A stretch of 64,000 nt of DNA from Nitrosopumilus sp. (GTDB lineage: Archaea; Thermoproteota; Nitrososphaeria; Nitrososphaerales; Nitrosopumilaceae), in contig CBDBGZ010000009.1 in NCBI GenBank assembly GCA_965205425.1, positions 224,001 through 288,000 on the forward strand. The letters run 5' to 3'. Made by a program: the position numbers and the translations under genes. The notes under the pieces are model-generated. The model did no database searches. It was not told the DNA's origin and was given only the letters and a program-made list of their open reading frames with translations. How positions within the stretch are numbered: the stretch's first letter is position 1; each line of letters opens with the position of its first letter. Below, in pieces: positions 44,269-57,033 of the stretch.

Positions 44269-44778
44269 ATGCATGGTGCAAATTATAGAGATGGAACTGG
44301 TCAAATATTTACCAGAAAAGAATACATCAAAGGTAAGCCACAAATCAAAATTGCAAAATTTCAAGGTGGTAAAAGAGGCACATACGAACATTGTGTTCAA
44401 TTATTACTAAACGAGAGAATCCAAATTAGACATATGGCTATTGAATCAACTAGATTAGCAGCTAACAAAACATTAGAAAAAACAACTGGGGAAACAGGCT
44501 ATTATTCAAGACTCAGAATTTATCCACACAATCTTCTTAGAGAAAACAAACAGATTGCAACAGCAGGTGCAGACAGAGTTTCAGAAGGAATGAGAAGATC
44601 ATGGGGTAAGGCAGTTAGTTTAGGTGCCAGAGTCAAACAAGGCCAGTGTATCATGGAACTATATGTTAATGGTGATACTCATTTAGAAGCAGCTAAAAAA
44701 GCACTACACGGTGCATGTGTAAAATTACCAGGTACCCCAACTATCAAAGTGATAGAATGGAACAAGCTATCACCATAA
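44269..44778 (+). CDS. rpl10e: 50S ribosomal protein L10e (uL16)
   Basis: YPHNLLRENKQIATAGADRVSEGMRRSWGKA. Confidence 0.97.
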   Translation: MHGANYRDGTGQIFTRKEYIKGKPQIKIAKFQGGKRGTYEHCVQLLLNERIQIRHMAIESTRLAANKTLEKTTGETGYYSRLRIYPHNLLRENKQIATAGADRVSEGMRRSWGKAVSLGARVKQGQCIMELYVNGDTHLEAAKKALHGACVKLPGTPTIKVIEWNKLSP

Positions 44779-45033
44779 ACTATCTAAATCAGATTTCTTA
44801 TTTTTAACAAATTCTAAAAATTCTTGAAATTCTTCTTTTGTAGGTTCTCGATTTAGAATTCTTTTGGATTGATAATAAAATGTGTTATAGATTCTCCCCA
44901 CAACAATACCCAAAGCAAATGATTTAGAATTATCAATGTTTGAAAGCAATTGAATCAATTGTTTAATTTCGTCTTTGTTTGAAATAGAGTCTTGAATTTT
45001 TTGCTCTATTTTCTTTAGAAGAGTTTCATCCAC
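44770..45033 (-). CDS. Hypothetical protein
   Basis: ORF track; GIVVGRIYNTFYYQSKRILNREPT. Confidence 0.7.
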   Translation of the reverse strand: MDETLLKKIEQKIQDSISNKDEIKQLIQLLSNIDNSKSFALGIVVGRIYNTFYYQSKRILNREPTKEEFQEFLEFVKNKKSDLDSLW

Positions 45034-45203
45034 AATACATCTTGTTTGAAATAGTTAAAAAAACTTTAATCCCCGATATTGGATTGATTTGTTTATCATA
45101 ACAAATTTTTTTGTGCCTAGAATAATTACATCCTGAGACTTCTTCAACGCATCGCATCAGATATCCAGAATCATAGATCGTCAATGTTAAATCTCATTGG
45201 TGA

Positions 45204-45360
45204 TTAGGTAAATTCTACTCCTAACATGTATTTCAACAACAATTCAAATAGATCAGAATTCCTGTTGTTATATCTCCATTCCATCTCTTTGAGGTATAGT
45301 AAAAATTTACCTGGACTGACACCATGATGCTTTGCCATGTTCTCTTTTGCAAAACCAAGA
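45204..45360 (-). mobile_element. IS1595-family transposase C-terminal remnant
   Basis: Manual translation FAKENMAKHHGVSPGKFLLYLKEMEWRYNNR. Confidence 0.7.
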
Positions 45361-45517
45361 AAGGAATGATAAATTCTGTTGCACGTGGTCTGTTGTGTGT
45401 CTGTGATTGATAGTTACTCCAAACTTGCTGTTTGTCTGACTTGGAATAATTGATTTTGGTACCGTAATGAATAGTGTTTGCTACATCAAAGGATAAGCGA
45501 AAGATTTTGTATAACGA

Positions 45518-46165
45518 TTATTGCAGATTAAAGCCTCGCTCTAACAGAGCCTCATATGTCTGCTCTTTGATACATACTGGAGTGTTATTGTCACGAATAT
45601 ACAACTCTAGTTCCCCATTACAGTGTATCTCATTTAATGATATGTTAAATTCACTCATCTGAATTGCAGGTGGTGGGTGTCTTTGCATGATTGTTTTTAT
45701 GACATTGTATTGGTGTTCTTCAAACGTTTTGATGTCTTTAAGAATACGATCATTCCAAGGATACTTTGCAATAATCGTAGAATCTCCTGATTGACCTGAA
45801 TAATATGCATATTTTGTGGTATTTCCACACCTATCAAAAGTAACTATCAATTGTGGACCTGAGTAATTTTTTATTGTAGGTAGTGTCCATGCATCAGTAT
45901 AAACACGAGCATAATTTGTAAATACTCCGAGATTGTCAAAGGAAACATCCTGATGTCTGTGTAGAAATTGTTTGACGACATAATCATTTTTCAATATAAT
46001 TTCTTCAGCAGTCCATGATATCCAAAATTCTTCTTCTGCACAAAATACATCGGCAAAACAAATGCCATTACGCGAATAAGGAAATTCTGACAACTCCTCA
46101 AGATATATGGCGCACCTCTCTTCAGAGTATTCTGCAAAAACTATAGCAGGTACAAAGAACAACAA
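45518..46165 (-). CDS. Secreted Cys-containing partner protein
   Basis: Leader ..PAIVFAE; PP..Q......IHC..ELELYIR..NTPVCIK..T...L.ERG tail; directly downstream of the protease. Confidence 0.7.
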   Translation of the reverse strand: MLFFVPAIVFAEYSEERCAIYLEELSEFPYSRNGICFADVFCAEEEFWISWTAEEIILKNDYVVKQFLHRHQDVSFDNLGVFTNYARVYTDAWTLPTIKNYSGPQLIVTFDRCGNTTKYAYYSGQSGDSTIIAKYPWNDRILKDIKTFEEHQYNVIKTIMQRHPPPAIQMSEFNISLNEIHCNGELELYIRDNNTPVCIKEQTYEALLERGFNLQ

Positions 46166-46191
46166 AAAAATAAAAAAAGAATAAAGGAGGA

Positions 46192-48597
46192 TCAGCGTGT
46201 AATACCTACTATTCCTAGATCAGATGCTATCGTATCATATGGTAGGTATACTGAATATCCATCACCATGAGTGGCACATGAAGCAGTTTGAGAATCAGCA
46301 TCACCTGGAATATCTCTAGCCTTGCCAACATGCATTCCATATAATTTAAAGCTAGAACTATACTGCCCAACAGGTACACTACTATCTCCTTTACACTCAT
46401 TATATGATGCATAAGTTCCCCGAGCATTATCTGTAGATATTATGTGTCCGCTAGTATAACCAGTAGCTGCTCCTGTTTGGTACACATAACTCCCTATACT
46501 TTGAGAATCAGTTGACTCGTAACTTGTAATGGAGTATGTCCTGTCACGCCAAAGCTTTACTGTTGCATCTACTGTCTTTCCAGTTGCAAGTTTGACAAAT
46601 GCAGTATCCTTAGTGCTATTATCCTTGTATGTCCCATAGTTGAGAGTGCCAATAACTGTTGCCTGCCATGATAAATCTGAAAGGCTTTGTCCTACTGGAA
46701 CAGTCGCTGAACCAACAATATTACCTGAATCAGGACCGGGTTGATACACTTTAGATTGGTATGTTGGAGCACCTGCAGTTATTGACAATAAATTACCAAA
46801 CGCATGTCCTACGGTAACAAACCCGTTATCACTTCCCTTTGTTGCAGGAAATGCAATTGTTGCATGACCACATAATATATTTTGGCTATGTGACTTGCGC
46901 TCCATTTCTGAACACATTAGATCAGACGCGCCTACACTAAGGGTAACGTGCTTGACTTCAATGTCGATGTTACCTGCAACATCCTCAAAGTTCTCTGATG
47001 CAATGGATTCTGTCGCATCTAAAACATTATTCTTGTGCAATTCAAAATCATTTGAGTGTATGATAACTTGTATTGATTCGTCTAAATGATCAACAAATAC
47101 ATCATTTAGTAGAGATGTATTGTTGTACTGTACGAGTATCTCTTGTTTGATATCAAGTAATTTCTGATGTCTTTTTTCTGGAATCTCAAAATGCTCATAT
47201 GTTTTATCCTGTAATATATCTAGTTCCACATACAATGCATCAATGGTATCTTTTACATTCTCTGTTTCATCTTTTGATTTTAGATCAGATAATGTTGCAT
47301 CAAGTTCAAAGATTCTTTCATAAAGGACTTTCATTTGAATCTCTAGATTCGCTATCTCTTGCTTTTTTGTATCTATTCTCAATTTGTGGGATTCTGCAGT
47401 ATGTTCCTCAACAACTCCTACAGATCCTGGGTGTGTCCTAAAACTATCCTCTAACATGTTTTGTAACCCCCATCAAATTAACAACTCGTATGTTGTAACA
47501 AATTACACGCAACGCCAACTCTTTTCTTTGAACCAACTTGTTTTTTGATGACAAGCTATTTCCAAAGATTCTTTTGAGTACTGCAAATACTGATTCAACA
47601 AGTGACCTCTTGTGATAATGTCTGTCAAATTCATCTTGATTGTCCTGGAATAATGTTATCATTTTTTTCCATGATGCAGAGCCTTTGGGATTTCTAACTG
47701 TGTTCTTCTTTGGTTTGATGTATGGTATCTTTTGCAGAGTAGCTACCATATTGCAAATGTCTCGTGACAAATATGCAGGATCTGCACAAAAATCACCAAT
47801 TCCCTTTGGAATGTCTTTGATTAATTTTTTGAGAATTGGTGCATCACCACGAGTTCCTTTAGTAATGTCAAAAGATACTATTGCCATGGACTGTATTGCA
47901 ATTAGGATGTGCAGTTTTAGATATAATTTCTTGGATTTGTGCGTGTTTGTCTTGATGTCAAACCAAGCCTCACATCTTTTGGTACCAAATCCTGAACTGT
48001 CAGGAGCTATGTCTTTTTTTTGATTGGTTCTGTGAGTTTTGCGTTTACCTTTTTCAAATAAGGCATTGGAATTCTTTTTAGACTGTCATTAATGACAGTC
48101 TTGCTTGGTGCTTTTTTGAGCTCCATTATTTCCAACAGAACCGGCCTTGATCTCAAGTGGGACTCCATGGAACGATAATCCAATCCAAACTTTACCTTTA
48201 GCATTGCACACATTATCTTTGCTTTTGTTGGAAATGCAGGACGCCCGCCTGTCTTTGGTTCCCATGGTGTATCCATACTCCAAACTGTCTTCTTTACTTT
48301 CTCCAAGAATAGAATCTCCTCATCCTTGCGATATGTGCCATATACTTGCCAGTCTCTTTTTGATTTGTTTTGCATAGTTGTTGTGATTCCATGCGATCAA
48401 TATGTTACAGAATTGAATAAAATTGTTATATTTGTCTACTTTTAGGACACACCCACAGATCCTATACCTGCAAGGTCCTCCCCTCCTGGCTCACTCTGGG
48501 CAAAAACATCACTCATTGTACCAAATGATAACATCATCATACCAATTATTCCGGCAAACAAGAAAGTCATTTTTTGATTATTTTTTGTATAATTCAT
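46192..48597 (-). pseudogene. Secreted trypsin-like serine protease of the G[PS]VG-leader family, interrupted by IS type F
   Basis: Removing 47429-48463 gives MNYTKNNQKMTFLFAGIIGMMMLSFG..AQSEPGGEDLAGIGSVGVVEEH..; GFVTVGH, DTAFV, GDSSVP. Confidence 0.88.
47429..48454 (-). mobile_element. IS5-like element type F, copy 2
   Basis: TIR GGGTGTGTCCTAAAA; 9-bp target duplication ACAGATCCT (47420-28, 48455-63). Confidence 0.95.
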
Positions 48598-48655
48598 GTT
48601 CTTGAATCCACTGCAAAATTAGTAGTATTTACACTGTACTATCGTTCCAGTAATA

Positions 48656-49697
48656 TGTTCTTTCCAGAAATTATTTCGTGTCACTTTCATGAGTAATTCC
48701 TCCATAGAATGCTTGGGTCTATGAGTATTTCGTTTGTTATCATCTTGGAGTGATACGCATCAGATGGTGTCTCCATGTTATCCAAGTCTAGTGCGCCATG
48801 AACTCTAATGTGATTGTACCAATGCATAAACTGCTCCACTGACTCAAAGTATTCTATTTTACACTCAAAGATATCCCAGAACTTTTCTAGCTTACCATTT
48901 GTTTGTGGATGTCTCACTCTTGTACGAGAGTGCTTTACGTGATGTCTCATTAGTTGCTGCTCAAAGTCTACTGGCTTGTTATGATCAAGAGTATTGACAT
49001 TTGATGTGAACTGTTTTCCATTATCAGATAGTACGGATGCTGGTCTACCGTGATTCTTTATTGCATCAGATAGTACTGCAGAAGAATTCACAGATGTTGC
49101 CTCATCATACACTCCGAAACCCGTGATAAATCGTGAGGCATCATCTTCAAATGCAATTAGTTGTTTTCCTGCCCAGCGTGAATCATGTATTGTGTGCCAG
49201 TCAGTATGCCACAGTGAATTTGAATATTCACGTTCATACCTGATCCACTTTCTTCTCATCTTTTTCCGTGGTTGCTCAACTGATAATCCTTCATCTAGCA
49301 TAATCTTGTGGATGCGATTGTGGTTTATCTTGGTATTGTACAATTTTGATATGATTTTCTCAAGGTATAGTGCGTTTGTATGAAATTTTTCTTGAACTTG
49401 TTTGACTAGCTCTATCTCGTGTACAGTGACTGGCTTTTTTGGACGCCCTGGTCTTTTGAGTGTGGGAATCTTTTTGGTTTTTTTGTACTGAGAGTAGACT
49501 TGTTGTACTCTTCTAGGCGTTATCTTGAGGATTACTGAAATATCTAAATTCTTGACTTTTTCATTTTTAGATTGTATAATCCACCTGATCTTATTCTCAT
49601 CTAACTTTACCATAGGTATGCCACGATACCCACGCATACGATAGTATGGGAATGATGCTCTCCTAGTTAAGGGGTGAAATAATTTCCGGAAAAGATA
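48656..49697 (-). mobile_element. IS481-family element; transposase 48687-49613
   Basis: LWHTDW, DDASR, SDNGKQF, HPQTNGKLE; imperfect IR; 15-bp duplication ATCGTTCCAGTAATA (48641-55, 49698-712). Confidence 0.95.
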
Positions 49698-49757
49698 ATC
49701 GTTCCAGTAATACATAACAACTTGAAATGGAACAATCCTGGAACAATACATGAAATA

Positions 49758-50840
49758 TACCTCGGAGCATAATTCTTTGCAATTTTTCAAAACAAATAGC
49801 AATACTTTTTGATCAGTAGTTAGAAATAATTTCATGGACATCACAAATGACGAGTTACTCCAGGCCTACAAAAAAGAAAAGTACGGTAAGAAAAAGGAAA
49901 GACTGCATGCAATGTGTATAATTAAGATCAACAAATCCACAATTGCTGAAACTGCAAGCCAAATGTTTTGTACATGCAATTCTGTAAGGAACTGGCTTGA
50001 TTCATTTGAAAAATACGGATTGGAGGACCCCCCCCCTCGTTCTGGTCGTCCGCCATTAATTTCACATAAAACATTACAAAAGATAGAGCAGGAATTTAAG
50101 AGAATTTCAGACGGCATGACTCCAAAAAAACTGATACAATTCATATTTTACAGAACACGCATTACATATCATATCACTCATGTGCGTCGTTTGATGCATA
50201 AATGGAATCTAAAACCAAAGGTTCCACAAAAGGTACATGTGCGAGCAGCATCCAAGGATACATGCCGCAAGTGGAAAAACCGCATCATTTCACGCATAGA
50301 AAAGGCAAAAAAGAAAGGTTTTACAGTATTTATCCAAGACGAGTCTGTATTTGTAGACGATGTACGTTTTGGTAAAAAATACTGGACAGATGCACACCAA
50401 AGATTAATTGTACGTTGGAGAGGATCGCACCAAAGATTTTTGGTTTATGGAAATGATGATAATCAAAGTTTTTTTAGATCGTATGAAAAATTTAATTCAA
50501 TTGCATTTATAGATTATTTGGAAGCAGCTCGTAGAAAATTTGGAAAAATATTTGTTATCGTCGATAGAGCACCGCAACACAAAGCTAATGATGTAAAAAA
50601 TATCTGCGTAAAAACAAAGCTGTCAAACTGGCATATCTTCCAAGAGGGTCTCCACATTTGAGTATGATTGAAGAGATTTGGAGACAGTGCAAACATGTTA
50701 ATGTTGAATCAGAATTTTATGAATCTATTCATGAGATGAGACATACAGTTATGGAATATTTTAGAACGCACAAATTTAATTTGAATATGTATCAGTATTT
50801 TGCAAGAACAATAAATTGAAAAGACTTATGATCTGAGGCA
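49758..50840 (+). mobile_element. IS630-family type D, frameshifted
   Basis: TA flanks; ORF shifts near 50600. Confidence 0.93.
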
Positions 50841-51791
50841 TACTATAGTTTTTGGGGACGATTCATTAAATTTTTTGTCAGCATATAGTTTCTTTATTTT
50901 ATTTCTTAATCTTCCGAAATTATTTTTTTGTAACAAATATTCAAAATCAGATTGTACAAAAATTTCTTCAATTTTAACACGTTTAGTTTTTGATAATTGA
51001 ATAGGTATTTTCTGAAAGTTTCTAAAAATTTGCTGTAATGATTTTTCATCTTCAGCTAATACAAATTGCAATAATTATTTAATATCATCATCATACTCAG
51101 ATTTTCTTCTTATCGTAGAACTCATTTCAATTGGATCAATAACTGTAAAACTTTTTGTTATTTTTGTTTCAATTTCTTTTGGGACTTGAATTAAATGAAA
51201 TTTGTCTTGTCTGTCTGGCTCTACAACTAATGTTGAAAATAGAATTAATCTAAGAGGAGGAGGTAAAATTGAAAATATGTTTTGTAAAAACATTAATTCA
51301 TCAGTTTTTAAAATGGCAATTTTTTTCCTTCTTAAAATTCCATAAAGGATTTCTTCAAGTAATTGCAAATCTTGTTTTTTAAGGAATTTAAAATCTGGTG
51401 AGAACGAGGAGATGTTAATATTAACAGGTTTTAATTCTCCACGCAAAGAATCATTTTTTATGAAATATTTTTCAAATATCCTAGAATCAAAATCAACCTC
51501 TTCAAACTCTTTTTCATCTATTACAAACGTGTGGTTGTATAGAGTACCTCGTCGTCCATCATAACCTATGCCTATATTTTTGACAATACTGTATGCAATT
51601 TTGTGATTTGGTAAAAACAACAAGGATCTTGATTCCTCAAATCCACTTATTTTAACACCTAATGGATAAAGATATTTTTCAAGTTTTGATATTATTTCAT
51701 CTGTAATTCCTACACTTTTTGCAATTATTTGATAGCCTTCATTATTTCCTATTTTACCTGCAGTGTAAATGAAATGATCACATGTGGGCAT
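50841..51791 (-). pseudogene. GAP1-N2-like (GTPase-associated) protein with in-frame TAA and IS truncation
   Basis: FIYTAG....EGYQIIAKS.GI..DGRRGTLYNHTFV; TAA at 51075-77 is in frame with 50826-51071. Confidence 0.65.
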
Positions 51792-51796
51792 AGGGT

Positions 51797-52675
51797 TTAC
51801 CCTAGTAGATTTTCATGCAACCACCAAAGAAACTCTGTGTATACAGGATGGCTGTATGATAATGGTTTTGCAACTTTTAGTCCTTCTGTAGAATCAACTT
51901 CATTCTCTCGGTTTCTTTGTACATCAACATGAACCATAAAATATTCTCTCTCTCCGTCATGAATATCTTCAAGTGTATTGTAAAATCTTCGCATATACTG
52001 TTTAACTAAATCTTTAGCAGACACATTTCTATCTTCTAAACTGTCTGCTTTTGTAAGTACTATTGCTATCGGGGTATTGATTCTTTCATTTTTTGAAGTG
52101 TTAGTTGATTTTTTAAAATCTTGTATGGTTGTTAATACTTGACTGTATTGAGTTTGATCTTTTTCCCAATCAGTTTTCATTTTTGAACAATCAAGTAAAA
52201 ACACATATATTTTTGCATATACTGCATATATCATTTCACTATAAGGTTGACCTTTAACTATCCCCATCTGACAAACTTTTACAACTCGTTCATTTCCTCT
52301 TATTTCTTCACCTAAACACATGTTTTTGTAATCTTCACCAGAAATATCTGGAAGTTTAAATTCCATACTACTAGCAGTTGCACCAGTTCCTCTCATTTCA
52401 AAAACAATTTTGTCTCTTGACAATTGTTGGGTTCTTTCTGGAAATTCACCATCTCTTAAACTATTTTCACATGATTCAAGAAATGGTCTTCCATCTTTAG
52501 GATGTGCGCGTAGTTCTGGGCGGTCATCTAGAAAATGGTTATCAATAGCATGGCTTAGTAATGTAATGAATACTGTTTTTCCAGTTCCACTCGGACCCAA
52601 AACTGCCACATTATTTTCATTTTGAATAGCATCAGACGCCTTTAAAATAGGCGTCATCTTTTCTTGTATACTCAT
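51797..52675 (-). CDS. TRAFAC-class GTPase (double-GTPase-like)
   Basis: GPSGTGKT, FPERT, DISGE, LTKAD. Confidence 0.85.
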   Translation of the reverse strand: MSIQEKMTPILKASDAIQNENNVAVLGPSGTGKTVFITLLSHAIDNHFLDDRPELRAHPKDGRPFLESCENSLRDGEFPERTQQLSRDKIVFEMRGTGATASSMEFKLPDISGEDYKNMCLGEEIRGNERVVKVCQMGIVKGQPYSEMIYAVYAKIYVFLLDCSKMKTDWEKDQTQYSQVLTTIQDFKKSTNTSKNERINTPIAIVLTKADSLEDRNVSAKDLVKQYMRRFYNTLEDIHDGEREYFMVHVDVQRNRENEVDSTEGLKVAKPLSYSHPVYTEFLWWLHENLLG

Positions 52676-54822
52676 TATTCACTATTACCTTCCATGCTGT
52701 TTATCTCACTTTCGGTTTGGATAATTTTTTCATAATTTAATATGTAAAAGCTACAAGTGCCATTTTTGCCTAGTTTTGGATCAGATAGTCCTATACAAGC
52801 TCTGGCTGTACCCACTGTTTTATGATCTTCTTCGGGAAAACACTGTTGTTCATAATCTAAAAATTTGTCAATATGTTTCACAATTATATCATCCACATAT
52901 CCTATGGAATTGTAACCTAGAGCAATTACGTCATCTACAAATTTCTGAATTGTTAGATGAGTAGATTGTTCTCTTGTTGGGAATCTCCAACCAAAATAAG
53001 CCTCTAGTTTTTCTGAAGTTGTTTGCCAATCTTTGTAAGGAAAATGAGGCAGGTGAGCAATAGTTACAAAGACTTCTTTTTTGATAGTGTATTTTTTAAT
53101 AGTTTCATCTTTTACTAGAGCATCAACTCTATTTCTAATCATTTGTTCAGAAATATCACCCCCATTAAGTCTGAAAACTATTTCTTTCAATGGTTGTCTA
53201 CCTCCACGAACTAATCTTAAAATTAATTGCTCTATTACATGTCTTCTAAGTTTTTCAAGTATTGGTGCAACTATGCCAGTTTGTTCTGCAAGAAGAGACA
53301 TTTGATCAAAAATTGGTACTGTTAACTCACGCATAGGATTCATTTTTTCTTGATGTATAATTTCTCGCCATACTTCATCCCAATCAAATTTACCATGTTC
53401 AAATTCTCTAGGTTGATTTAACGATCCTTGAGATAATTTTGCCATGTCTTGAATATCTCCTTCTCTGCTAGCTACTGCCTTTAGCAAAAAGACATATTCA
53501 TTTCTCAATACACCAACTTTTAATTTTCCATATTCAGTATAATCTGCAGTTTCAATCATAACATCAGATAACGATAAATCTTTCATCACTCTTTTTGTAA
53601 ATAGATCAATTCTACTTCTATCTGGATGAATCAATATTTCATCTGGATATAGGCGTAAATCCTCTTGAGAATATTCCGTTTCAATTATTTTTTCATATCC
53701 TAAATGTTCAGTAAGGGCTTTACACAAGATTTTAAAATCTGATGATTTTTCAACGATTACATCACAGTCTTTAGTAACTGCCTTTAGATTTTTTAATCGC
53801 ATATTTTCTCCACCCATAAGAAATATGCTCATAGGATGATCTATGTTATTTCCAATATCTTCAAACAGTGAAGGGGTTGGTGTTGGAACAATATATTTTT
53901 CTGAATCTACCTCATATAGTTCTGCTTTTGAGATAAATTCACTCCATGGCAAAAACATGCTTTCATTTTTTAATTTTTGTTGTCTAATGTATGCTTCAAC
54001 ATCTAGCCATATGGATGATATATCAAATGATGTTGCAATTTCTCTTAACCGTTTAGTATCTATTTTGTTTTTATTATTAACATAAAACACTATGGATATG
54101 ATCAATCCCATTTTGTCCTTGTCTTTGTAAGATGTCAATATCGAATGAATGATAATATCATGAATATTTAGTGGGTTTTTTTGTTTTACATAATAATCAT
54201 ATGGGGATTCATACGGGATTCCATGATTTGGAAATACTGAAAAAGATGTTAACTCACCTTCAGTTATTTTTCCCTTGGGTACTTTCTTTAGGGTTTTTTC
54301 TGGATCTATGTAAATTACTTCTGCATCAGGTTCATACATTTTTTCTCTTTCAGTTTTTAGTATTTTTGCAAAATCTATCAAATCTGTTTTAGAAGGATCT
54401 ATGTGTATTCTCTCTGGAACTTTCCCCCAATGAAATCCTTGTGTGTCTATTTCTTTTTGTATGACCCCTATTGCTCCAAGATCAGATATTGCTCGATATA
54501 TTGTGGCAGTTGATAATCCAGTATTTGCTAGAATTTCGTTAACCGTTAGTGATTCAGTCAAATATGAAAATACAAGTTCATTAGAGTCTCGTAAAAGATT
54601 CTCTAAATTCCATGATTGAGATATTTTTTTTAGCAGTATTGTTTTTGCATTTTCTTGTAGTTCTATGATATTACCTTCTTTTTTGATAAAACCATCTCGA
54701 AGTAATTTTTTTGTCTGTTCATTGAACTGCCATTCTTTGACTCCACTGATCTCTCTTAATGTGGCAACATCATGGGTATCATTGATTATTGCCTTTACAA
54801 TTGATATGGATGTGTTATTCAT
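52675..54822 (-). CDS. Winged-HTH plus DUF6036-like nucleotidyltransferase fusion (715 aa)
   Basis: TVNEILANTGLSTATIYRAISDL HTH; LMGG.NM....K..TKDCDVIV, RIDLF, LLKAVASREGDIQD. Confidence 0.8.
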   Translation of the reverse strand: MNNTSISIVKAIINDTHDVATLREISGVKEWQFNEQTKKLLRDGFIKKEGNIIELQENAKTILLKKISQSWNLENLLRDSNELVFSYLTESLTVNEILANTGLSTATIYRAISDLGAIGVIQKEIDTQGFHWGKVPERIHIDPSKTDLIDFAKILKTEREKMYEPDAEVIYIDPEKTLKKVPKGKITEGELTSFSVFPNHGIPYESPYDYYVKQKNPLNIHDIIIHSILTSYKDKDKMGLIISIVFYVNNKNKIDTKRLREIATSFDISSIWLDVEAYIRQQKLKNESMFLPWSEFISKAELYEVDSEKYIVPTPTPSLFEDIGNNIDHPMSIFLMGGENMRLKNLKAVTKDCDVIVEKSSDFKILCKALTEHLGYEKIIETEYSQEDLRLYPDEILIHPDRSRIDLFTKRVMKDLSLSDVMIETADYTEYGKLKVGVLRNEYVFLLKAVASREGDIQDMAKLSQGSLNQPREFEHGKFDWDEVWREIIHQEKMNPMRELTVPIFDQMSLLAEQTGIVAPILEKLRRHVIEQLILRLVRGGRQPLKEIVFRLNGGDISEQMIRNRVDALVKDETIKKYTIKKEVFVTIAHLPHFPYKDWQTTSEKLEAYFGWRFPTREQSTHLTIQKFVDDVIALGYNSIGYVDDIIVKHIDKFLDYEQQCFPEEDHKTVGTARACIGLSDPKLGKNGTCSFYILNYEKIIQTESEINSMEGNSE

Positions 54823-55041
54823 TTAGTATCATTAAATCACATAACTATTTAAAGATTTGTGGTTCCATGATACTAAAGTATCATTATACCACTTAAAATC
54901 ACTATTTTTCTAGTTGATTCTAATCCCATTAACTTCCAACCATTTTACGGATTCTCGATATTTTGGCATATGGTTTGCAATTAAATTCCAACAGCGAGAA
55001 TAATATTCTTTGATTTTAAGATGACATAATTCATGAATAAT

Positions 55042-56188
55042 TGAGACTTGGGCATAACTATTTACAAAAATAACTCTCAGTCATTTCCTAACAGCAAAGC
55101 ATTCTCTTTACAGTTCTTGGATTCTCTGCTCCAATTGCACAGTTGTAGTAAACTGTCAACTGATACACAAGAACACAAACCAACACAAATGATTTGACAT
55201 TGTGCAATCCCTTTACAGGCAATACTCGGATGTCAAAAATATCTTTGAGATACTCAAATAGAGGTTCAATTGAGACTTTTCTATCTGCATACAGCTCTTG
55301 ACCAATTACAGAATTGTAAAACTCTACGAGTTTTATTCTCTCTGGCGGCGTATGCAGGTATTGTTTTATTGGAGTAACTAGTCTCAGATTTTTCTTGTTG
55401 CTAAATTGATGCAGTGAACCGTTGTCATATGCAGGATCACATAAGATATTCTCAACAAATCCTGCAAGAGATTCAGTTAGTATTTCATACATCTTGCCGT
55501 CATGAACATTTGCAGTTGAGACATCAGCAGATAAAAGAACAACCAGTTTGCCAGTACTACAACTCATATGCAGTTTGTACCCAAATATCCAACCCTTTGA
55601 TTTTGAAAAACCCCATTTTGTATCAGTATCAATTCCTGAGATTGGTAAACGATTATTCTTCATGTCAGATTTGTGCCATACTGGACCATCTGCTTTTAGC
55701 ATGGAACTATCCACTGATGCAGATATGTCATCGACTAGTTTCTCTGATACAAACAGACTTCCCATATTACTGATTATATCACCAATTGGCAGAACTTGGA
55801 ATCTCCTGTCAATAGTTCTTCTGTCTGGAATTTGAGTTAATTTACAAACCTTGAGCAATTTATCATTGATACTCTTAGTCAAAAGAAAATAATGTAATGT
55901 ATTGTTGCTTGGAATTCTCATCCATGACTTTATGATGAACAGATGCTGTACCATCAGAATTGTAGAGTATACGTACGGTTACCAGGTTTTCAGCATCTCC
56001 TCATACAAAGACAACATTCCCATCAAATGTAACACCCCAATAAGAAATGATTCCGATAGAATCTTGCCTAGGGATTTTCATTTGTTTTGACATTACAATG
56101 AACAAAACATGATAAGATCCTTAGCTTTTTCCATTTGAATAATTTGAGAATTGACTCAAAAATTAGAATTAATTATGCCCATGTCTCA
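55042..56188 (-). mobile_element. IS type A, full length, divergent copy
   Basis: Both TIRs; ORF 55088-55954; in-frame TAA near 55980. Confidence 0.88.
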
Positions 56189-56245
56189 CTTAAATGGGAT
56201 CTTGATTTACATTTCGAATCAAGGTTAATAATTTACAAAATCCAT

Positions 56246-56320
56246 GAACTGTAAAGAGAATGCTTTGCTGTTAGGAAATGACTGAGAGTTATTTTTGTAA
56301 ATAATTATGCCCAAGTCTTA
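56246..56320 (+). mobile_element. Right-end fragment of IS type A
   Basis: Matches 29701-29775. Confidence 0.88.
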
Positions 56321-57017
56321 GATATTTAGAGCCTGCAGTGAGAAAAACAGTTCCTATTCCTGCAAAACTATACTCTGATTCTAAAAAAATAAATGATGTA
56401 CAGCAACTCCAACTGTTCTTTCCAGAATTGATTGCAATGACTGATGGTACTGAACAACCAATCCCAAGACCCCAGAACAAAAAGAAAAGAAAGACTCACT
56501 ATTCAGGCAAAAAGAAAAAACACACAATAAAAAACCAAATCACCATAAACCAGAAAGGTGAGATAATCCACAAACCCCCACATTCTCCAGGTAAAAAACA
56601 TGATTATGCCATACTGAAAATAAAGTATCCTACACTACACGAAGATGTGATGATATTTTATGACCTTGGGTATTTGGGAGTGGAAAAAGATTTTCCAGAA
56701 CAGACAAGCATTCTACGATACAAGAAAAAGAAAGGAAAAGAGTTAACCATTTCTCAGAAAAAGTGGAACAAGACACAATCAAGAATCCGAATAAAAGTAG
56801 AACATATTATCTCTCAAATCAAAAAGTTTAGGATTAATTCTGAGACATTTAGGAATAGATTGTGCAGATATGATGCAATAAGTGACATCGTATGTGGAAT
56901 TGTGAATTTCAAGACAAGATGGAAGCAAGAGTTTGTTGTGATTCCATAAGATTAGAAATTATTTGAAATTAAATTCAAGGAAAGATAAGATTTTGATTGT
57001 AATTACGCAAGAGGTCT
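56321..57017 (+). mobile_element. IS5-family ISL2-like (DDE_Tnp_4) element, 5'-truncated; ORF 56338-56949
   Basis: DGTEQPIPRP, YSGKKKKHTIK, YDLGYLG, RIKVEH; right end approximate. Confidence 0.85.
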
Positions 57018-57033
57018 ATTGTTCCATAATAAT

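Noticed and set aside
45365..45495. Additional transposase remnant
   Set aside because: Short open stretch with no motif I can assign
48687..49844. 385-aa IS481 transposase as given in the ORF track
   Set aside because: The first 77 codons begin outside the element; the plausible start is MVKLDENK at 49613
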